Part shown: piece by piece, positions 37,472 through 41,116 of the stretch
Layout of the letters: the number at the start of each line of letters is the position of its first letter
Numbering within the stretch: position 1 is the stretch's first letter
NCBI GenBank assembly: GCA_009693905.1
Contig: SHWG01000002.1
Location: 1-41,116 of the forward strand
Origin: Rhodospirillales bacterium
Lineage (GTDB): Bacteria > Pseudomonadota > Alphaproteobacteria > Rhodospirillales > 2-12-FULL-67-15
Length of the DNA: 41,116 bases
Reading direction: 5' to 3'
Program-made: the position numbers and the translations under genes
Notes under the pieces: model-generated
Database searches by the model: none
Told to the model about the DNA's origin: nothing
The model's input: only the letters and a program-made list of their open reading frames with translations

Positions 37472-39855
37472 CCGATCTTCGCGCCGCCGCCGAAGGTACG
37501 AGGCTTGCCGACGAAGCCCTTTTCGCCCTCGCCGCGACCGCCGACACCGAATCTCTGCTCGCGAGCGCGCGGCGTCGGCGCGACCTCGGGCACGGCGCGC
37601 TGGTCACCTATTCGCCCAAGGTGTTCATTCCGCTGACCAAGCTTTGCCGCGACGTTTGCGCCTATTGCACCTTCGCCGAGGCGCCGCGCGCGGGGAAAGA
37701 CCCGTACTTGTCGCCCGACGAGGTTTTGGCGATCGCGCGGGCGGGCGCGGACGCCGGCTGCCGCGAGGCCCTGTTCACGCTTGGCGACAAACCTGAGCTG
37801 CGTTGGGCGGCGGCGCGCGAATCGCTCGCCCGGCTCGGCCACCCCAGCACCCTTTCCTATCTCGCGGCGATGGCCAAGCTCGTCCGCGACCAAACCGGGC
37901 TCCTGCCGCACCTCAATCCGGGCGTGCTGACCGAGGACGATTGCCGGAAACTCCGGCCGGTATCGGTTTCCATGGGCGCGATGATGGAGAATCTCTCGGC
38001 CCGTCTTTGCGCCAAGGGCGGGCCGCATCATGGCTCGCCCGACAAGCAGCCGGCGGCCAGGCTCGCGACCCTCGAAGCCGCCGGAAGTGCCCGCGTCCCC
38101 TTCACCACCGGGCTCCTGGTCGGGATCGGCGAGACCGAAACCGAGCGCATGGAGACCCTTCTCGCCATCCGCCGCGCGCACGAGCGCTTCGGCCACGTCC
38201 AGGAGATCATCGTCCAGAACTTCCGCGCCAAGGCGCGGACCCGCATGGCGGAGAGTCCCGACGCCGCCTTCGATGCCCACGTCCGCGCCATCGCGCTGGC
38301 TCGGCTCGCCTTCGCGCCGGACATGAGCATCCAGGCGCCGCCCAACTTGAGCCCGGGCCGGCTCGAAGACCTGATCGGAGCCGGGATCGACGATTGGGGC
38401 GGCGTCTCCCCGCTCACCCCCGATTACGTCAACCCCGAGGCGCCGTGGCCGGACTTGCGCGAGCTCGAAGTTCGCACCGAGGCCTGCGGCAAAACCTTGG
38501 CGCCCCGCCTCGCCATTCGCCCCGCTTACGTGCGCGCGGCAACGGAATGGCTCGACCCGGAAACGAGACCCGCGGTGCTCAGGCTCGCGGACGCCGACGG
38601 GCTCGCCCGGGACGATTGGACCGCGGGCAAAACCGAAATGCCGCCTTCCATGCCCGCGCCCGCGCTCGGGCCCTCGGGGCTGGCCGCCATCCTCGCCCGC
38701 GCCCGCGACGGGCGCTTGCTCGCCGAGGCCGAGATTTGCGCGCTGTTCGCCGCGCGCGGGCCCGAAGTCGCGGCCGTCCGGCGCGAAGCCGACGGGTTGC
38801 GGCGCGAGGCCGTGGGCGACGCGGTTACTTACGTCGTCAATCGCAACATCAACTACACCAATGTTTGCACCTATCGCTGCAAGTTCTGCGCTTTTTCCAA
38901 GGGCCGCACGGCGCCGGCGCTGCGCGGGCCCGCCTACGATCTGCCGTTGGCCGAAATCGAGCGGCGCGTCCGCGAAGCCTGGTTGCGCGGCGCGACCGAG
39001 GTCTGTTTGCAAGGCGGCATCCACCCCGACTACGACGGGCACACCTATCTCGCCATCCTCGCCCAGGCAAAGCAGGCGGCGCCGGATATCCACGTTCACG
39101 CCTTCTCGCCGCTCGAAATCCACCACGGTGCGGCCACGCTCGGGCTTTCGGCGGCGGAATTTCTCGGCCAACTCAAGCGCTCTGGCCTCGGCTCGCTCCC
39201 CGGCACGGCGGCGGAAATTCTCGACGACGAGGTTCGCGCCGTGCTGTGTCCCGACAAGATCGCGACCGCGCGATGGCTCGAAATCATGGCCGCCGCCCAC
39301 GACCGCGGGCTCAGGACCACCGCGACCATCATGTTCGGCCACGTCGATGCGCCTGAGCATTGGGCCCGGCACCTGATCCGGGTGCGCGATCTGCAGCGCC
39401 AAACCGGCGGCTTCACCGAGTTCGTGCCGCTGCCGTTCGTGCCGATGGAAGCGCCGATATTTCGCAAAGGACTTTCCCGCGCCGGCCCCACCTTCCGCGA
39501 AGCCGTGCTCATGCACGCGGTCGCCCGTCTTGCCCTCAATCCGTGGATCAAGAATATCCAGACTTCGTGGGTGAAGATGGGCCCGAACGGCGCCGCCGCC
39601 GCGCTCCAAGCCGGGGCCAACGATCTCGGCGGAACGCTGATGAACGAAAGCATCACCCGGGCCGCCGGGGCGTCGTTCGGCCAGGAGATGGCGCCCCAAG
39701 CGATGGCCGCGCTGATCCTTGGGATCGGCCGCACCCCCCGCCCGCGCACCACCCTTTATGGCAAGCCGCCCGAGGAGCGGACGCTGCGGGCCCAGGGCGC
39801 GCCGCCGCTCGAAGAAATATCCAACACGCGCCCTGCCCGCGCCAGCGCGGCGTAA
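37468..39855 (+). CDS. fbiC: FO synthase FbiC (fused CofG+CofH radical-SAM domains)
   Basis: 795 aa with two CxxxCxxC motifs: CRDVCAYCTF and CTYRCKFCAF. Confidence 0.93.
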   Translation: MTDLRAAAEGTRLADEALFALAATADTESLLASARRRRDLGHGALVTYSPKVFIPLTKLCRDVCAYCTFAEAPRAGKDPYLSPDEVLAIARAGADAGCREALFTLGDKPELRWAAARESLARLGHPSTLSYLAAMAKLVRDQTGLLPHLNPGVLTEDDCRKLRPVSVSMGAMMENLSARLCAKGGPHHGSPDKQPAARLATLEAAGSARVPFTTGLLVGIGETETERMETLLAIRRAHERFGHVQEIIVQNFRAKARTRMAESPDAAFDAHVRAIALARLAFAPDMSIQAPPNLSPGRLEDLIGAGIDDWGGVSPLTPDYVNPEAPWPDLRELEVRTEACGKTLAPRLAIRPAYVRAATEWLDPETRPAVLRLADADGLARDDWTAGKTEMPPSMPAPALGPSGLAAILARARDGRLLAEAEICALFAARGPEVAAVRREADGLRREAVGDAVTYVVNRNINYTNVCTYRCKFCAFSKGRTAPALRGPAYDLPLAEIERRVREAWLRGATEVCLQGGIHPDYDGHTYLAILAQAKQAAPDIHVHAFSPLEIHHGAATLGLSAAEFLGQLKRSGLGSLPGTAAEILDDEVRAVLCPDKIATARWLEIMAAAHDRGLRTTATIMFGHVDAPEHWARHLIRVRDLQRQTGGFTEFVPLPFVPMEAPIFRKGLSRAGPTFREAVLMHAVARLALNPWIKNIQTSWVKMGPNGAAAALQAGANDLGGTLMNESITRAAGASFGQEMAPQAMAALILGIGRTPRPRTTLYGKPPEERTLRAQGAPPLEEISNTRPARASAA

Positions 39856-39864
39856 GAAAATTCG

Positions 39865-40992
39865 ATGGACACGCTTGAGACGGCGGTGATCGGCGCGGGC
39901 GTCATCGGGCTCGCGATCGCGCGCCGCCTCGCCCTCGCCGGGCGCGAGGTGGTGGTGCTCGAATCCGAAGACGCGATCGGAACCGCGAGCAGTTCGCGCA
40001 ATTCCGAGGTGATCCACGCCGGAATCTATTATCCCCAGGGTTCGGCGCGGGCGCGGTTGTGCGTGCCGGGCAAGCGGGCGCTGTACCGCTACTGCGCCGA
40101 GCGGGGCGTCGGGCACCGTCGCGCCGGCAAGCTGCTCGTCGCCGCCGACGCGGACGAAATCCCGGCCCTCGACGCCATCCGCGCCAAGGCCGCCGCCAAC
40201 GGCGTAACCGATCTCCGGCGGCTCGACGCCGCCGAAGTGCGCGCGCTCGAGCCCGCGCTGCGCTGCCACGCGGCGCTGCTCTCGCCCTCGTCGGGCATCG
40301 TCGACAGCCACGGGTTGATGCTGGCGCTCCGGGGCGAAGCCGAGGATCGGGGCGCGGCGCTTGCCTTTAAAAGCCCGGTCGCGGGCGGCGAGACGCATCC
40401 CAAGGGCGTCGTCCTCGATGTCGGCGGCGATTCTCCCACCCGGATTCTCTGCCGCACGGTCGTCAACTCGGCCGGGCTCGGAGCGCAAAGGCTCGCCCGC
40501 GCGCTCCGAGGCGCCCGGTCCGACACCATCCCGCCGCTCCATTGCGGCAAGGGCAGCTATTTCACGCTTTCAGGCCCAACCCCGTTTCGCCACTTGATCT
40601 ATCCGGCGCCGCTGGCCTCGGGCTGGCTCGGCGTGCACGTGACCCTCGATCTCGCCGGCCGCGCCCGCTTCGGTCCCGATCTCGAATGGGTGGCGGCGCC
40701 GAATTACGACGTCGACCCGGCCCGGGCGGAGCGGTTTTATCCCGCCATCCGCCGTTACTGGCCGGAGCTTCCCGACGGCGCGCTCCAGCCGGGCTACGCA
40801 GGGGTGCGCTCGAAGCTCGCCGGCGCCGGCGCGCCGGAGCGGGATTTCGCGATCGTGGGGCCCGAAGACACCGGCATTCCGGGGCTGGTCAACCTGTTTG
40901 GGATCGATTCGCCGGGGCTGACCTCGTGCCTGGCGATCGCCGATGAAGTCGGGCGCATGTTGGGCCTGCCGCCTGACCCAATTCTCAGCTAG
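39865..40992 (+). CDS. FAD-dependent oxidoreductase (DAO family, L-2-hydroxyglutarate-oxidase-like)
   Basis: 375 aa with AVIGAGVIGLAIARRLA dinucleotide fold and SSRNSEVIHAGIYY. Confidence 0.8.
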   Translation: MDTLETAVIGAGVIGLAIARRLALAGREVVVLESEDAIGTASSSRNSEVIHAGIYYPQGSARARLCVPGKRALYRYCAERGVGHRRAGKLLVAADADEIPALDAIRAKAAANGVTDLRRLDAAEVRALEPALRCHAALLSPSSGIVDSHGLMLALRGEAEDRGAALAFKSPVAGGETHPKGVVLDVGGDSPTRILCRTVVNSAGLGAQRLARALRGARSDTIPPLHCGKGSYFTLSGPTPFRHLIYPAPLASGWLGVHVTLDLAGRARFGPDLEWVAAPNYDVDPARAERFYPAIRRYWPELPDGALQPGYAGVRSKLAGAGAPERDFAIVGPEDTGIPGLVNLFGIDSPGLTSCLAIADEVGRMLGLPPDPILS

Positions 40993-41020
40993 CGCTAAAA
41001 ACCCCCTTCCGTTGCACCGC

Positions 41021-41070
41021 CTTCCCGCCTACTACTTCCCGCCTACTATATGTAGCGTACGCTAGGCGGG
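41021..41070. repeat. Tandem 14-nt duplication plus inverted copy downstream of the FAD oxidoreductase
   Basis: CTTCCCGCCTACTA occurs twice in tandem (41021-41048). CCCGCCTA (41038-45) is inverted as TAGGCGGG (41063-70), around the TAGCGTACGCTA palindrome. Local G+C drops. Confidence 0.5.
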
Positions 41071-41116
41071 ACGGGCGCAAGGGTATGATTCGCAAACCAC
41101 CAATCATAAACCCCAA

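Noticed and set aside
36562-40542. 1326-aa ORF on the minus strand, the longest in the track
   Set aside because: It is antisense to cofC, fbiC and the FAD oxidoreductase, which have clear family motifs. Its composition is R/G/A/P-rich and low-complexity, as expected for a stop-poor shadow frame in high-GC DNA, and no recognisable domain is present.
33899-40992. Calling the F420 block a genomic island or mobile element
   Set aside because: No integrase, transposase, tRNA or clear direct-repeat boundaries occur in the window. By eye, base composition and codon style look like the rest of the segment. Only the repeat-flanked cofE and the G+C drop after 40993 hint at mobility.
40993-41116. tRNA or small RNA gene at the right edge
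   Set aside because: No cloverleaf-compatible arms or conserved T-loop/D-loop motifs were found by inspection, only short direct and inverted repeats.

Overview
High-GC, proteobacterial-type chromosomal segment; the lineage guess rests only on gene order and protein motifs. It has four blocks.

(1) 1-13.35 kb, minus strand: a complete dcw cell-wall/division cluster, rsmH-ftsL-ftsI-murE-murF-mraY-murD-ftsW-murG-murC-murB (murB runs off the window). Most junctions are 4-nt ATGA/GTGA stop/start overlaps. There is no mraZ.

(2) 13.6-21.4 kb: a type-A RNase P RNA, a translationally coupled DUF3750-like/AmpD-type amidase pair, an EamA transporter and a livKHMGF-type branched-chain amino-acid ABC operon.

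(3) 21.5-33.9 kb, an accessory catabolic block:
- a CoxL/M/S/G-type molybdenum hydroxylase whose active-site loop is not the CO-dehydrogenase type;
- a divergent operon encoding a PALP-fold PLP enzyme, two-subunit CoA-transferase and luciferase-like (LLM) oxidoreductase;
- pxpB-pxpC-gntR, divergent from pxpA.

(4) 33.9-41.0 kb, plus strand: an F420 module npdG-cofE-cofD-cofC-fbiC, co-directional with pxpA and overlapping its 3' end, followed by an FAD oxidoreductase.

The most unusual signal is not a gene but two layers of repeats.
- A family of 30-90 nt GC-rich palindromic mini-elements lies inside coding sequence, always in frame. It writes near-identical peptides (GRGA[S/T]F[D/N]ARG..., RVTP.G.HSHD[D/E]) into unrelated proteins: MurG, MurF x2, FtsI, CoxL, GntR and CofC x2. 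Six of the eight copies sit at operon-internal gene junctions.
- 120-200 nt modular, BIME/MITE-like mosaic repeats fill intergenic spacers. Two inverted copies bracket cofE.

No transposase, integrase, CRISPR array, tRNA or recognisable defence genes were seen.
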